DNA of 64,000 bases, taken from positions 77,003-141,002 of the IMG/VR virus record IMGVR_UViG_3300042914_002334; one strand, given 5' to 3'. Below are positions 18,330 through 28,311 of the stretch, piece after piece. Numbering within the stretch: position 1 is the first letter of the stretch; each line of letters opens with the position of its first letter. The DNA is from a virus. Under the pieces are notes generated by a model. It was not told the DNA's origin. It saw only the letters and a program-made list of their open reading frames with translations, and did no database searches. The translations under genes were made by a program, and so were the position numbers.

Positions 18330-20093
18330 TTATGCTGTTGGGACTGGCTCTGGAGGAATTGCCGGGCCCGAGCCTCCAACTCCACCTGGACCACCAATTT
18401 CTTGTCCTGGAACTTGAGTCTCTCCTTCTTCCGGCATATCTTCGACAGTTTCCAAATCACTCTCTATATCGCTGGTGCTTAGACCTATACTTCTAAGATC
18501 AGTGCCCTTAGATGTTTTTTCTTCATCTTCTGGTTTGCTTCTTTCTTCTGCCCATAGTTTTTCGTTCTTCTTGATTTCTTCCTGAGATAGTCCAAGAAAT
18601 CTTTCCATTGCAAATCTGACGCTAATATATGGCAGTTGAGCAACTGAATTAAAGACATTTACTCTAACTTGATCAATTTCACTTTGTCTGTATGCAGCAA
18701 AGTTTTGTGGAGGATTAAATGTTAAATCAAAAAGTCCGCTATCTATGTTAAAGCCACGCCAACGCAAGAATAACTTAAACTCTTCGTTTAATTTTCTTGC
18801 CATATAACTTTGCAATCTTTCGCAGTATTGATTAAATCTATATTCTTGAATTAGTGCAGTTCCTACTTTGCCGTCAACTAAAGGTCTTTCGCTATCTTCT
18901 GGCCCAGTTGGCAAATAACTACTTGGAACTCTGAGTCCACGAGCAAGACGATTGTTAAAGTATTTAAGATCGTCTATTTCTCCGAGATTTTGTCCACCAG
19001 GAAGTGTAGTGACGTCACTTCCACGACCATCTGCCGTTACTGGGAAGAAATAATCTTCATTTATAGATAATGGATTATATGTTGCATCCAGCATACTTTG
19101 ACCACCATTTATTGATGGTATTCTTCTTTGATGTATTTCGTCTTTAATTCGGTTTACAAATGCCATAGCAAGATGACTTGGCATATTTCCAACATCTATC
19201 TTAAATATTCTTCGTTCTGGTGCTCTTTGAACTCGATAAATCAATATGGCATCTTCTAACAGTTCTTTTTGCTTGTAAACTTTGAAGATGTTTTCAAGTA
19301 TGCTTTGTCCAAATGGCCAATAACGGTCAAGACCTTCAGTCAATGACATGTGAACCACATGTTTAGCGTCTATGGCACTTTCATTTATACCCAAACTAAA
19401 TCTGCTGCCAGTAGTTCCATATGGTTCATTCGGCACCGTATAACTATAAGGAGCACTATAACCAGCAGTAGGAGGTTGTGCCTGAAAGTCAGTAGTTGTC
19501 TTTTCTGCTACGCTTAAATTTTGTAAATTTGGATTTATGTCTTTGATAATATATTGTTCAGGTTCTTTTCCTTCGCTTTCATTGACAATGACTTTTACTA
19601 CTTTGGTCATATCAACCCAATACAACTTAAAGTTTTCTGGATCGCGAACAAATACCTGATCGCCGTATTTTACGGTGTTTCTAAATATCTTGAAGATTCT
19701 GGTGTTCATTTCATTTAGATTACACCATTGTTGTAGTTGCTTTTTAATCAACTCTACTTCGGTTGTAGTAGGCTCATCATTGAATTGAATTTCAAACGGA
19801 GTATTGTTTTGTTCATTTTTTTGAGTGCTAAACTCTGACAGAATATCCAAACAAGCATTTATTTCTGGATCCACATCCATCATTTCATACTGATTGTATC
19901 TTTCAATTCTATTTGGATGTCCTGTATATACTTCTGCTAATCTACTTTGATAATTTCTAAACGCAAATTCATTGGTCCAATTTCCAGTTGGTGTTTGATT
20001 CATCCCTGCGTTCCAGGAATTAGAATTGCTGTTGCTTCCGCTTATTGGACTAAGCGCGCCGTGTTGATTGGTAAATTTGCGTTTGTATGACAT
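18330..20093 (-). CDS. gp20: portal vertex protein
   Basis: LLEDAILIYRVQRAPERRIFKIDVGNMP, EDYFFP, LPGGQNLGEIDD, LRVPSS. Confidence 0.97.
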   Translation of the reverse strand: MSYKRKFTNQHGALSPISGSNSNSNSWNAGMNQTPTGNWTNEFAFRNYQSRLAEVYTGHPNRIERYNQYEMMDVDPEINACLDILSEFSTQKNEQNNTPFEIQFNDEPTTTEVELIKKQLQQWCNLNEMNTRIFKIFRNTVKYGDQVFVRDPENFKLYWVDMTKVVKVIVNESEGKEPEQYIIKDINPNLQNLSVAEKTTTDFQAQPPTAGYSAPYSYTVPNEPYGTTGSRFSLGINESAIDAKHVVHMSLTEGLDRYWPFGQSILENIFKVYKQKELLEDAILIYRVQRAPERRIFKIDVGNMPSHLAMAFVNRIKDEIHQRRIPSINGGQSMLDATYNPLSINEDYFFPVTADGRGSDVTTLPGGQNLGEIDDLKYFNNRLARGLRVPSSYLPTGPEDSERPLVDGKVGTALIQEYRFNQYCERLQSYMARKLNEEFKLFLRWRGFNIDSGLFDLTFNPPQNFAAYRQSEIDQVRVNVFNSVAQLPYISVRFAMERFLGLSQEEIKKNEKLWAEERSKPEDEEKTSKGTDLRSIGLSTSDIESDLETVEDMPEEGETQVPGQEIGGPGGVGGSGPAIPPEPVPTA

Positions 20094-20117
20094 TAGAATA
20101 ATACTCTCTTATATTTA

Positions 20118-22538
20118 TCATGACATACTGTGAGTAAGTAGTTTTCCTTGTATGTTTCTACTTGATGTTAGAGTGTCTTGTATCGCTCTGAAGTTTTCAT
20201 TGTTGGATTTCATTTGTTCGATGAGTATTTCCAAATTTGAATTTGTTTCTTCCTGAGAATTTTTTAATTGAGACATGCTGTTCTTTATTGTTTCAGAAAG
20301 ATTTGATATCTCAAAGTCAGTTAGCATTCCAGGCCCATTAAATGCTTGCCCTTTTATTTCAACTGGTATAGTTTTGCCGTCTGGTAGTGGGACTACAGCC
20401 TCTGGACCTGCTTCTCCTGCTATAGAAATTCCTCGTGTGATACCGCCTTTGGCCATCAACTCAGCATGAAAGTGATCTCCTGTTCCGTGTTTTTGTGTGT
20501 GATATCCTTCTACTACTTTTGCAAAACCAAGGTCTTTTAATACCTTTGTTATCGCAATTGCTTCTTCTTTTGTTGGTTTTGGATCAATTGTAAAATCAAC
20601 GGCTTTTCCTTGTCCATGTGCTTTTCCTTTTCGATCTTTATACAGATCGTTAAAAGCAGTTATAGTTGTTCCAGGATACATTTTGACAAATTGTTTCATT
20701 TTGTCAACGACTTCCTGACTTACATCCCCTCCAGCAACCGACTCGTCGCTTTTAATTTTTAATCCCTCAAATCGTTTGTCACTTGCAGTCAATTTAGCGC
20801 CCGATGCAGATGGGCCCGCTGATGCTGCTTCTGTATCTTTTCTTCGTTCTGCTTCTCGTTTTTTGAATTCAACTTCTACTCTTTTTTTTGCTTCTGCAAC
20901 TTCTCTTTCTTTATCTTTTAATTTTTGTTGCTGGCGAGAAATTCTTGAGTCTGACTGAACTGTGGTTGTCTGTTCTTCTGGGCTGGCGGGAGTAACTTGT
21001 TGAGAAGATTCTTTTATTAAACTATTTAATGTTTTTCGTTCTTCTGTTTCTTCCTTCATTGCTTTTCTTAAATCTTGTCTTGCTTTTACATCTGCCGGCA
21101 AATCTTTTCCTACCCAATCATAAATTTTACTAATAGTAGCGTCTACGGCAGTAGCCATTCCTTCGATTGCCCAAGTGGCACCCTCACTACTAACCATTAG
21201 TTTATCAAGATTTGCCGCGGCATTGTATAATTTTTGTTTTGCATTAGCCAACTCCGCATTTTGTCCTTCTGTGGCTTTAAGATTTTTTTCTCTTTCTTTT
21301 ATAATTTTTTCTGCTTGTTGCGGAGTTAGTTCTCCACGATTTACCATATTTCTTAATTGAGCATACTCCTTGGTGTATATGGATGCATCACCAACGTGCT
21401 TGGCGAGTTGTGTTATATTTGGAATAGTCTGCTTGGCTGCTTGTTGAATTAAATTAAATCCATCGGTTGCTTTTAACGTTCCCGATCTTATTTTTTCAAC
21501 TATTTCTACGCCCATTCCACCAGTTTGCATAACAAATTGTCTGGCTGCTTCAGTTCCCACACTTCCACTCATCATGTCGCGAAGTCCCTGTGCAATCGAG
21601 TCAGCACCTGTTGATTTTAGTACTACGTTTAAATCATTTGCCGCATCTTGAACATCTTTTGGCAAATCAGCAAGGGCAGCAGCAAATCTGGTTTCACTCA
21701 TTGCCTGATCGCGAATAGATTGAATGTCTTTTTTCTGCAATCCAGTTAGTTTGCTTAGAGTATCTAATTCTTTAATATATGCTTCGGTCCCCTCTTTTAA
21801 ATCTTTAGTATTTTTATTTCCAATCAAGCCCCATTTTTGCTGTTGACTTAAGTATGTGAGTTGATAATCATTAAAATCACTTACAGAAATACCAAGTTTC
21901 TGAAAGTTTTCTCTCATGTCTCTACTTTCAATTGATATATCTTCAAATCTTTGTCGACCGCTTACTGCACTTCCGCCAAATGCCGCAAGTTCTTTACTAA
22001 ATTTCGTAAGTATTTTAGTGCTATCACTAAAATTCATTCCAGTTCTGTCAACGGTGTCAGTTAAATCTTCAAACTTCTCAAGCACTCCAGATGAAGCAAG
22101 TTGTTCAAAATTTCCATATGCTTTTTCAAAACTCTTTAGTAACTCTTGAGCGATAGTTCCTGCTACTTCTACGCCTGCTTTTGCTATATTTCCAAATATA
22201 GGAACAACGGAAGATATTGCTCCAGCAAGTCCAGATAACCCTTTTGTTGCTACTGATACTAAGCCACTAAGTGCAGTAAATGATCCGGCGGCGCCCTGTA
22301 TTTGATTTGAAAGAGACATGACCGTGTTTGCATATTGCACGGTCGCTTGTTGCATTTTGTTGAGATTTTCTTTTCTCTTTTTTAGTTCCTGTTCAGAAAA
22401 CCCAGCACTTTCTCTCAGTGAGTCGGTTGCCATTCCCCCAGATCGACGAATCGCAGTTCCAAATTGATTTATAGCACTCGATGCACTTATTATGTTTTCG
22501 ATTGCTTCTTGAATTGATTCGGGTGAATTTGTAGCCAT
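20118..22538 (-). CDS. tape-measure-like tail protein with C-terminal Zn-peptidase (M15-like) domain
   Basis: helical Ala/Gln/Lys-rich body; H..GKAVDF and GDHFHAE motifs; GGI..IAGEAGPEAVVPL motif common in tape measures. Confidence 0.7.
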   Translation of the reverse strand: MATNSPESIQEAIENIISASSAINQFGTAIRRSGGMATDSLRESAGFSEQELKKRKENLNKMQQATVQYANTVMSLSNQIQGAAGSFTALSGLVSVATKGLSGLAGAISSVVPIFGNIAKAGVEVAGTIAQELLKSFEKAYGNFEQLASSGVLEKFEDLTDTVDRTGMNFSDSTKILTKFSKELAAFGGSAVSGRQRFEDISIESRDMRENFQKLGISVSDFNDYQLTYLSQQQKWGLIGNKNTKDLKEGTEAYIKELDTLSKLTGLQKKDIQSIRDQAMSETRFAAALADLPKDVQDAANDLNVVLKSTGADSIAQGLRDMMSGSVGTEAARQFVMQTGGMGVEIVEKIRSGTLKATDGFNLIQQAAKQTIPNITQLAKHVGDASIYTKEYAQLRNMVNRGELTPQQAEKIIKEREKNLKATEGQNAELANAKQKLYNAAANLDKLMVSSEGATWAIEGMATAVDATISKIYDWVGKDLPADVKARQDLRKAMKEETEERKTLNSLIKESSQQVTPASPEEQTTTVQSDSRISRQQQKLKDKEREVAEAKKRVEVEFKKREAERRKDTEAASAGPSASGAKLTASDKRFEGLKIKSDESVAGGDVSQEVVDKMKQFVKMYPGTTITAFNDLYKDRKGKAHGQGKAVDFTIDPKPTKEEAIAITKVLKDLGFAKVVEGYHTQKHGTGDHFHAELMAKGGITRGISIAGEAGPEAVVPLPDGKTIPVEIKGQAFNGPGMLTDFEISNLSETIKNSMSQLKNSQEETNSNLEILIEQMKSNNENFRAIQDTLTSSRNIQGKLLTHSMS

Positions 22539-22549
22539 ATTTTATGGAA

Positions 22550-22574
22550 TGTAAATAGTTATATGCTATTTATC
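22550..22574. promoter_or_regulatory. face-to-face pair of late promoters for the tape-measure-like and gp26-like genes
   Basis: TGTAAATA on plus (22550-22557) and GATAAATA on minus (22574-22567). Confidence 0.6.
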
Positions 22575-22592
22575 TAACCAAAAAGGACAAAA

Positions 22593-23417
22593 ATGAGCAA
22601 CAATCCATTAAAACAATATTTTCGTCGCCCTGCTATTTACATCAAATTGCCAAGTGAAGGCAAGTATTACGACAAGTCTGTAGTAGAAACAACAGAAATG
22701 GGCGATATTCCAATTTACCCAATGACTGTACTGGATGAAATAACAAGCAAAACTCCAGACGCCGTTTTCAACGGTCAAGCAGTAGTAGACATCATACATA
22801 GTTGTGTTCCAAACATAAAGAATGCGTGGGAAATAAATGTAATAGACTTAGATGCAATTCTTGTTGCAATCAAAATTGCAAGTGCCGGAGAAAAAATGGG
22901 TGTCTCCACGGTTTGTCCACAATGCTCAACTGAAGCAGAATATGATATCGATCTCATACAAGTATTAAGTAATCAAAAGAATGTTGATTATAGTGTTCCA
23001 TTAAAGATTCGAGAGTTAGAAATAAAATTTAAGCCTCTCACATATTTGGAAACAAACAAAAACAATCTTGCTCAATTTGAATTGCAAAAAGCATTACGCG
23101 ATCTTGACGGATACGAAGATTCCGAAGAAAAACAAAAGATAATAAACAAAACAATGCTAAGTCTAAACAAAAAAGTTGCTGAAATTGTCGCTGCAACTAT
23201 CGAATTCATTAAAACTCCAGAATGTGTAGTATATGAAAAAGAATATATTGCAGAATTTTTAGAAGAATGTGACAAGATGACTAATAGTGCAATCAGAGAC
23301 AGAAGCGTTGATCTAAAGAGTCAAAGTCAATTGAAGCCGCTTCATCTTAAATGTCAAAATTGTTCTACTGAATATTCACAACAACTAACTCTAAATATAA
23401 CCGATTTTTTCGATTAA
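22593..23417 (+). CDS. gp26: gp26-like baseplate hub / tail assembly chaperone
   Basis: NPLKQYFRRP..YIKLPS, two CxxC pairs (CPQC, CQNC), ends TDFFD over slippery T TTT TTC. Confidence 0.75.
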   Translation: MSNNPLKQYFRRPAIYIKLPSEGKYYDKSVVETTEMGDIPIYPMTVLDEITSKTPDAVFNGQAVVDIIHSCVPNIKNAWEINVIDLDAILVAIKIASAGEKMGVSTVCPQCSTEAEYDIDLIQVLSNQKNVDYSVPLKIRELEIKFKPLTYLETNKNNLAQFELQKALRDLDGYEDSEEKQKIINKTMLSLNKKVAEIVAATIEFIKTPECVVYEKEYIAEFLEECDKMTNSAIRDRSVDLKSQSQLKPLHLKCQNCSTEYSQQLTLNITDFFD

Positions 23418-23641
23418 AGCTTCTTAAACTCGATCACGCAGAGATGAAGAAGCTTGGTGATGACATGTGGCGTGAAGCACTTAATATCAGATCAGTTGCA
23501 ATGAAAATGGCTTGGTATAGCCGTGGTAGCATGCAGTATGTCGATGTGCTCAATTTAAGCACTGACGAATTTAATCTGTTCAATAAACTAATAGATTCCA
23601 ATTTGGAAACAACTAAGAAATCAAAACTGCCGTTCTTCTAA
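23411..23641 (+). CDS. -1 frame extension of gp26-like gene (gp51/gpT-like); ORF track start at 23444
   Basis: -1 frame is open from the slippery site (RLKLLKLDHAE) straight into MKKLGDD...LPFF. Confidence 0.65.
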   Translation, partial: RLKLLKLDHAEMKKLGDDMWREALNIRSVAMKMAWYSRGSMQYVDVLNLSTDEFNLFNKLIDSNLETTKKSKLPFF

Positions 23642-24290
23642 AAACGAGAGCCCATGGCCTCGTTTGCCAGATGCCTCTTTGAGGCATCTGGCAATTTTAC
23701 TTCTTCATTCGTGTAATACATACAGAGAATTTAAAGTAGATATATGTGCGCAATATCTATGTTTATTAGTCATATGCATGCACTTATATGTGTGAGATAA
23801 AAGTATAAATGTAAAACTCTGAATTGCTCAGTTGAGCGAAGCGACAGCGGAGTGACTGAGCAATTCTGGCGGAAGAGCGCAGCGAAACCGCCACTAAGAC
23901 AGCATTATTGACTGTAGTTATAACGGATAAAACTCGCTCAGTTGGAAGAAGAGACTTCATCATCCTCCCCCTTGTTCTTTGAAGACGGCTATTTTTCACC
24001 GTGGGAAGAACGTTCGTCGAACCACCAAAACCCTTTAATTTTTTGCCCGTTGATCTGTCAGGCGCAGTTAGAGTCTGGCCTAAGGACGGGAGCATCGGTT
24101 CCGAATCTATTGAGTAAATCCATACTCCATTCGGTGCTCCCCACTAGTTTACCCACTGTGATCTTAGTATTGTCCGATCTTCAACAGTGCTTCTCCGTAA
24201 GCAGTAGAGGCTGTACTTACAACGTTTCTAGTTATTTTATACAGGTCTGTTGTTTGACCTGTGCTAATCTACCTTTTTCGTAGACCCATT
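23642..24290. ncRNA. ~650-nt structured non-coding element (ncRNA or replication origin)
   Basis: no credible CDS, raised GC, at least eight stem-loops (e.g. TTGCCAGATGCCTC/GAGGCATCTGGCAA, GAATTGCTCAGT/ACTGAGCAATTC, GGGAGCATCG/CGGTGCTCCC, ACAGGTC/GACCTGT). Confidence 0.55.
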
Positions 24291-24306
24291 GATCACTGTA
24301 AATATC

Positions 24307-24510
24307 TTACAGTGAAAGTTTCTTTTCTATCAATAAAACTGTTCCATCCTTTTTTATAACTCTAAGAATTGATGGTTTATTCTCATCAATCTTTTTTGAT
24401 TTTAGTTTTAACTTACTGTTATTTTTTCTTGCAGCATCAGCAGCGGCAGAACGCTTTTTTAATTTTTTCGCTTTGTTCCAGCGAATTATGTCTCTTCGGT
24501 CGCAATGCAT
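24307..24510 (-). CDS. small very basic hypothetical protein
   Basis: 67 aa, Lys/Arg-rich, same strand as neighbouring operon. Confidence 0.5.
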   Translation of the reverse strand: MHCDRRDIIRWNKAKKLKKRSAAADAARKNNSKLKLKSKKIDENKPSILRVIKKDGTVLLIEKKLSL

Positions 24511-24583
24511 GATCTGTCTTGTGTTGTTTATAATAGTTATGGGCGTTTTTCTAAAATAAATGTAGACTTTGGTTTAGTATAGA

Positions 24584-25126
24584 CTACGAAATATGATTTG
24601 TTTCTAATAATATTTGTCTGTTTGAAAAGTTTTTGAGTTGAGTAGTGTTGAGATTGAAAAATATATCGAATGAGTAGATAAGCCATGCACCCCAATTTTT
24701 GCTGTGATAGCACAGAACATTGGCACTATTACTATTCCAATTTTCTTTTTCTTGAACTGCAACAAACTTTCCACGACGATTAAACTTTATAAAAAGTATG
24801 TTCAAGTCGTTGGAGTCTGCTGCGGTCATTAGTTGTGCTATCCAATCTTCAAGTTGTTTAGACTCAACGAACAATTGGTGAAAAGCAAAATCAGCGTAGA
24901 ACTTTGCTTCGCAATTAAAATTAGGGAAACTTTCTCCAGGAACAATATCCCCTTTGAAACTTCTAACTTGATTCTCATGCAGAACCTGACGACGAGCACT
25001 GTTTATTCCGCCAGTATACGCTCCACTTCCTGGCGATCTAATAAAAGATTCTCCATAAAGATCACTCAGATATTTTGCAATTTCTCGTTCGAACCCGCTT
25101 CCCTTAATCTTACTCGCTGATGGCAT
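24584..25126 (-). CDS. PD-(D/E)xK Holliday junction resolvase-like nuclease
   Basis: KGSGFEREIA..RSPGSGA..GDI..CEAK motif pattern of Hjc-like resolvases. Confidence 0.75.
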   Translation of the reverse strand: MPSASKIKGSGFEREIAKYLSDLYGESFIRSPGSGAYTGGINSARRQVLHENQVRSFKGDIVPGESFPNFNCEAKFYADFAFHQLFVESKQLEDWIAQLMTAADSNDLNILFIKFNRRGKFVAVQEKENWNSNSANVLCYHSKNWGAWLIYSFDIFFNLNTTQLKNFSNRQILLETNHIS

Positions 25127-25161
25127 GATATTACTTATCTCGACTTTTCAGTCTCAAAAAA

Positions 25162-27240
25162 TTATTCCACATCAACTGCACCAGAGAACGAAGTGAATCC
25201 GCTTTCTTTAATTACTTTTAACACCGAAGATACTCTGTTGATTAGTTCATCGCGATGACTTACTAACCATATTGATTTAGAACGGCGACGAGTCATATCT
25301 TTCAGTAGCGCCAAACTATTTTCTACGCCGATGGAGTCCATTCCATTATCAATCAACTCGTCAATAAACAACAAATTAGAATTATGATATAGATTTTCAT
25401 ATACATCGCGAAACGCGAAACTAAGTCCCAGAATCAATCGATTACGCTCCCCTCTGCTAAGATTATCAAAATCCAAATCTCGTCCTAGTTCAGTAATTTC
25501 AACGCTTAGATCATTTTGAAACACCACACTGTGTGGCAAACCTATTTTGTCCAAGTAGTGAGTCAATCGTGAGTTAAGATACGAAAGATTTTGCTCAATG
25601 ATTTTTTTGCGAACAAACGACTTCTTGTTAGTTAGTAAGTCAAGCAAGTAATCTTGATGTTGAAGAACACTAATCAGATTGTTCATATCAGTGTAATCAA
25701 CCGTCTGAATAGCATTCGTTTGCATTTCAACTATCTGCTCTGCATACGGGTCTTCTTCTGCATGCTTTCGTTCAATTTGTTCCAATAAAGAAGATACTCG
25801 CCCGCTGTGTTTGATCGCTTCTTCTTCGGTATCATAATGAGTTTTTGGCATTTCGCCTATGTTTGTAATAGTATTTTCTGCTAATTGATCTTCATAAGGA
25901 TCAGACTCTGCTTTTTTGGATGCTATCTTTGCACGAATAGATTCAATCTCACTACTATGTCTAATTGCTTCTGTTTCTGTTTTATAGTGAGTGGTTGGTT
26001 TTTCTGGAACAATAATTTCATTAGATACAATGTCCGTCCAATTTTTGAGAGTTCGGTTGTATTCTTTCTCTGAATGCTTCAATTCTTTTCGTTTTTGCTT
26101 CAAGACTATATTATGATTTTTGTCATGAAACTCTTGCCCGCAAGCATAACAACGATGCTCAGTTAGTTCATAAATCTCTTTTGTTAGTTGCTCTGTATTT
26201 TTAACGAACAACAGATTTTCATCATGGGCTTGCTTTTTGGATTTTTCCCACATCTGACGATCTTTGATCGCGTTGTTGTATAGAATCAAATCTCTATGCG
26301 ATTTTAGTTCAGCGTCAATGTCTATCTCGGAAAGAGATACAAGAGAACGCTCCAATTCACTGATTTCTTCTGAAATCTTTTGACGCCATGCAGTTCTTCT
26401 TGCAAGAAGAGAATTGTATCGATTTAATTTTTCTAAATTGGAAACATAAACGGTCAGGTCTTTATGTGCTTTTAGTTCTGAGTCAATATCTATTTTACTC
26501 AACTCGTCATATTCGACCACCAAAGCCGCCAAATCTTCGTTTCTTTTAGCCGTCCATAATTTTTGACGCTTTTTTAGACTTTCGATTTGTTCTGTAATTT
26601 TTTGATTTGCAGTTTGGATTCCGTTTATCTTAAATTCTTCTTTTTGAATCAACTCTTTTGTTGTCTTATTAAGATTCTTTATTGCCTCTGCCTTTTCACT
26701 CAGCAAAGTAATTCCAAGCAATTGCTCGATAATAGGTCGCTGTTCACCAACTCGCATACTTAGAAACGGAGTAGTATAACTGTTCAGACCTACTATGTGA
26801 GGGAATAGATCACCAGACATAGACAATATACGCTCAATCGACGCTTGAGTTTCTTTGTTTTCTCCCTGGGCGTCATTATCAGAATTAGACTGTTCTTTAT
26901 CATTTACAAAGAACTTTAAGATGTTGGGCTTTCTACCTCGTATGATCTTATAATTGACATCGTTTACCGAGAATTCTATGGTTGCTACCATATTCTTGGA
27001 ATTAGTTCGATTTATAAGGTTGTCTTTTTTGATCTGATTTATGGGACTTCCAAATAGAGCATAACTTAGTCCCTGCAAGATAGCCGTCTTTCCAACACCG
27101 TTTCGAGCACCATCTCCGCCCATATCCATGTTCTCACCCAGAATTAGAGTAAGATTTTTGTTTTCAAAGTCTATACTCTGAGTGACATTTCCAATGCTTA
27201 AAAAGTTTTTTAGCGTTAAATTTTTGAATATTATGGTCAT
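25162..27240 (-). CDS. gp46: recombination nuclease ATPase subunit (Rad50/SbcC-like)
   Basis: Walker A NGVGKT, zinc hook CYAC, LSRGE signature, FIDELID, VSH. Confidence 0.95.
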   Translation of the reverse strand: MTIIFKNLTLKNFLSIGNVTQSIDFENKNLTLILGENMDMGGDGARNGVGKTAILQGLSYALFGSPINQIKKDNLINRTNSKNMVATIEFSVNDVNYKIIRGRKPNILKFFVNDKEQSNSDNDAQGENKETQASIERILSMSGDLFPHIVGLNSYTTPFLSMRVGEQRPIIEQLLGITLLSEKAEAIKNLNKTTKELIQKEEFKINGIQTANQKITEQIESLKKRQKLWTAKRNEDLAALVVEYDELSKIDIDSELKAHKDLTVYVSNLEKLNRYNSLLARRTAWRQKISEEISELERSLVSLSEIDIDAELKSHRDLILYNNAIKDRQMWEKSKKQAHDENLLFVKNTEQLTKEIYELTEHRCYACGQEFHDKNHNIVLKQKRKELKHSEKEYNRTLKNWTDIVSNEIIVPEKPTTHYKTETEAIRHSSEIESIRAKIASKKAESDPYEDQLAENTITNIGEMPKTHYDTEEEAIKHSGRVSSLLEQIERKHAEEDPYAEQIVEMQTNAIQTVDYTDMNNLISVLQHQDYLLDLLTNKKSFVRKKIIEQNLSYLNSRLTHYLDKIGLPHSVVFQNDLSVEITELGRDLDFDNLSRGERNRLILGLSFAFRDVYENLYHNSNLLFIDELIDNGMDSIGVENSLALLKDMTRRRSKSIWLVSHRDELINRVSSVLKVIKESGFTSFSGAVDVE

Positions 27241-28250
27241 AGATTTTGGTAGATATCCAATAAAAGTTTCTTGTCAAACTGTCCATCAGACAATTGTTGT
27301 ATTTGTTCTTGTATGATACTATCAACCGACTCAAATTTCATGTTTGTGTAGTCCGTATTGTCTTGTTCAATATCAAGTTTTGTTGGAATCAAGTGCATCT
27401 CTCTTAAATGATATTTTGGAAGAAGTTGCTCTCGTATAAAGTTGCTTTCTTCATACGATACGTCGATGTCCAAATTGATTCGAACGTGCATATCTCGTTG
27501 CAACAATGATTCGTCGCTAAGTATTTCACTTAACTTATACACTCTGAATCTTGGTTGATCGGGCCAACTTAAGAATTCTGACTCGCCATTCCAATCCAAA
27601 ATCATCATTCCACGATCATCATCGTTTACATCGGAGTAATTATGAGGGAATGCGTTACCGATATAGGTAATATTTTTTCTAACTTGTCTTTTGTGAAAAT
27701 GCCCACTGAATACATGCTCAAAAGAACTCATGTGTTCTGCTTGCAGTTCTCCGTGATCTGGCATTTCTACTAACGAATTCATATAAAAATGTGGAAGTTC
27801 AAAATGTCCAAATAAGTATTTTCCGGACATGTTTTTGAGTTTTTTCCAATCATCTTCGACCAACCACGGAGCGATGATTACCTCTCCAGATTGAAAAAAA
27901 TCATCTACAATTTTAACGTTTGATAAATGTTTTGCCCACTCAACGCTGTGAATATCACGTTTGTCTCTATAGTAGAGATCGTGATTTCCAGCAATAAAAA
28001 ACACTTGATCAAACGACTCGTTTAGTCGCTCAAGTGCTCGTAATCCAAATTGAAGAGTTTGTATGTTGATGCTTGCTCTATGATGATTCCAATCACCTAA
28101 AAAGAAGCATACATCGCATCCCTTTTTCTTTGCAGTTTCAATAAACCAATTTACAAAATTGGTGCAATCGATATTGTGTTGTAAACTGTTACTCTTAAGT
28201 CCCCAATGAACATCTGTGAAAACTGCTGCTTTGTTAAATAATTTACTCAT
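27237..28250 (-). CDS. gp47: recombination nuclease subunit (Mre11/SbcD-like); start revised to MSKLF at 28250
   Basis: DVHWG, FLGDW, GNHD, GHFE, SGHFH phosphoesterase motifs. Confidence 0.95.
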   Translation of the reverse strand: MSKLFNKAAVFTDVHWGLKSNSLQHNIDCTNFVNWFIETAKKKGCDVCFFLGDWNHHRASINIQTLQFGLRALERLNESFDQVFFIAGNHDLYYRDKRDIHSVEWAKHLSNVKIVDDFFQSGEVIIAPWLVEDDWKKLKNMSGKYLFGHFELPHFYMNSLVEMPDHGELQAEHMSSFEHVFSGHFHKRQVRKNITYIGNAFPHNYSDVNDDDRGMMILDWNGESEFLSWPDQPRFRVYKLSEILSDESLLQRDMHVRINLDIDVSYEESNFIREQLLPKYHLREMHLIPTKLDIEQDNTDYTNMKFESVDSIIQEQIQQLSDGQFDKKLLLDIYQNL

Positions 28251-28311
28251 CACGACATAATAGCAAAAACCTTGACGATAAATCAAGGCTTATGGTCAGG
28301 TAGTATTTCGA

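Noticed and set aside
23784-24283. ORFs 23784..24095 (-) and 23942..24283 (+)
   Set aside because: Non-ATG starts, atypical composition, overlap each other inside the structured non-coding block
9849-27240. Inteins or introns in terminase, capsid, portal or gp46
   Set aside because: Motifs are contiguous; the extra gp46 length is explained by coiled-coil duplication
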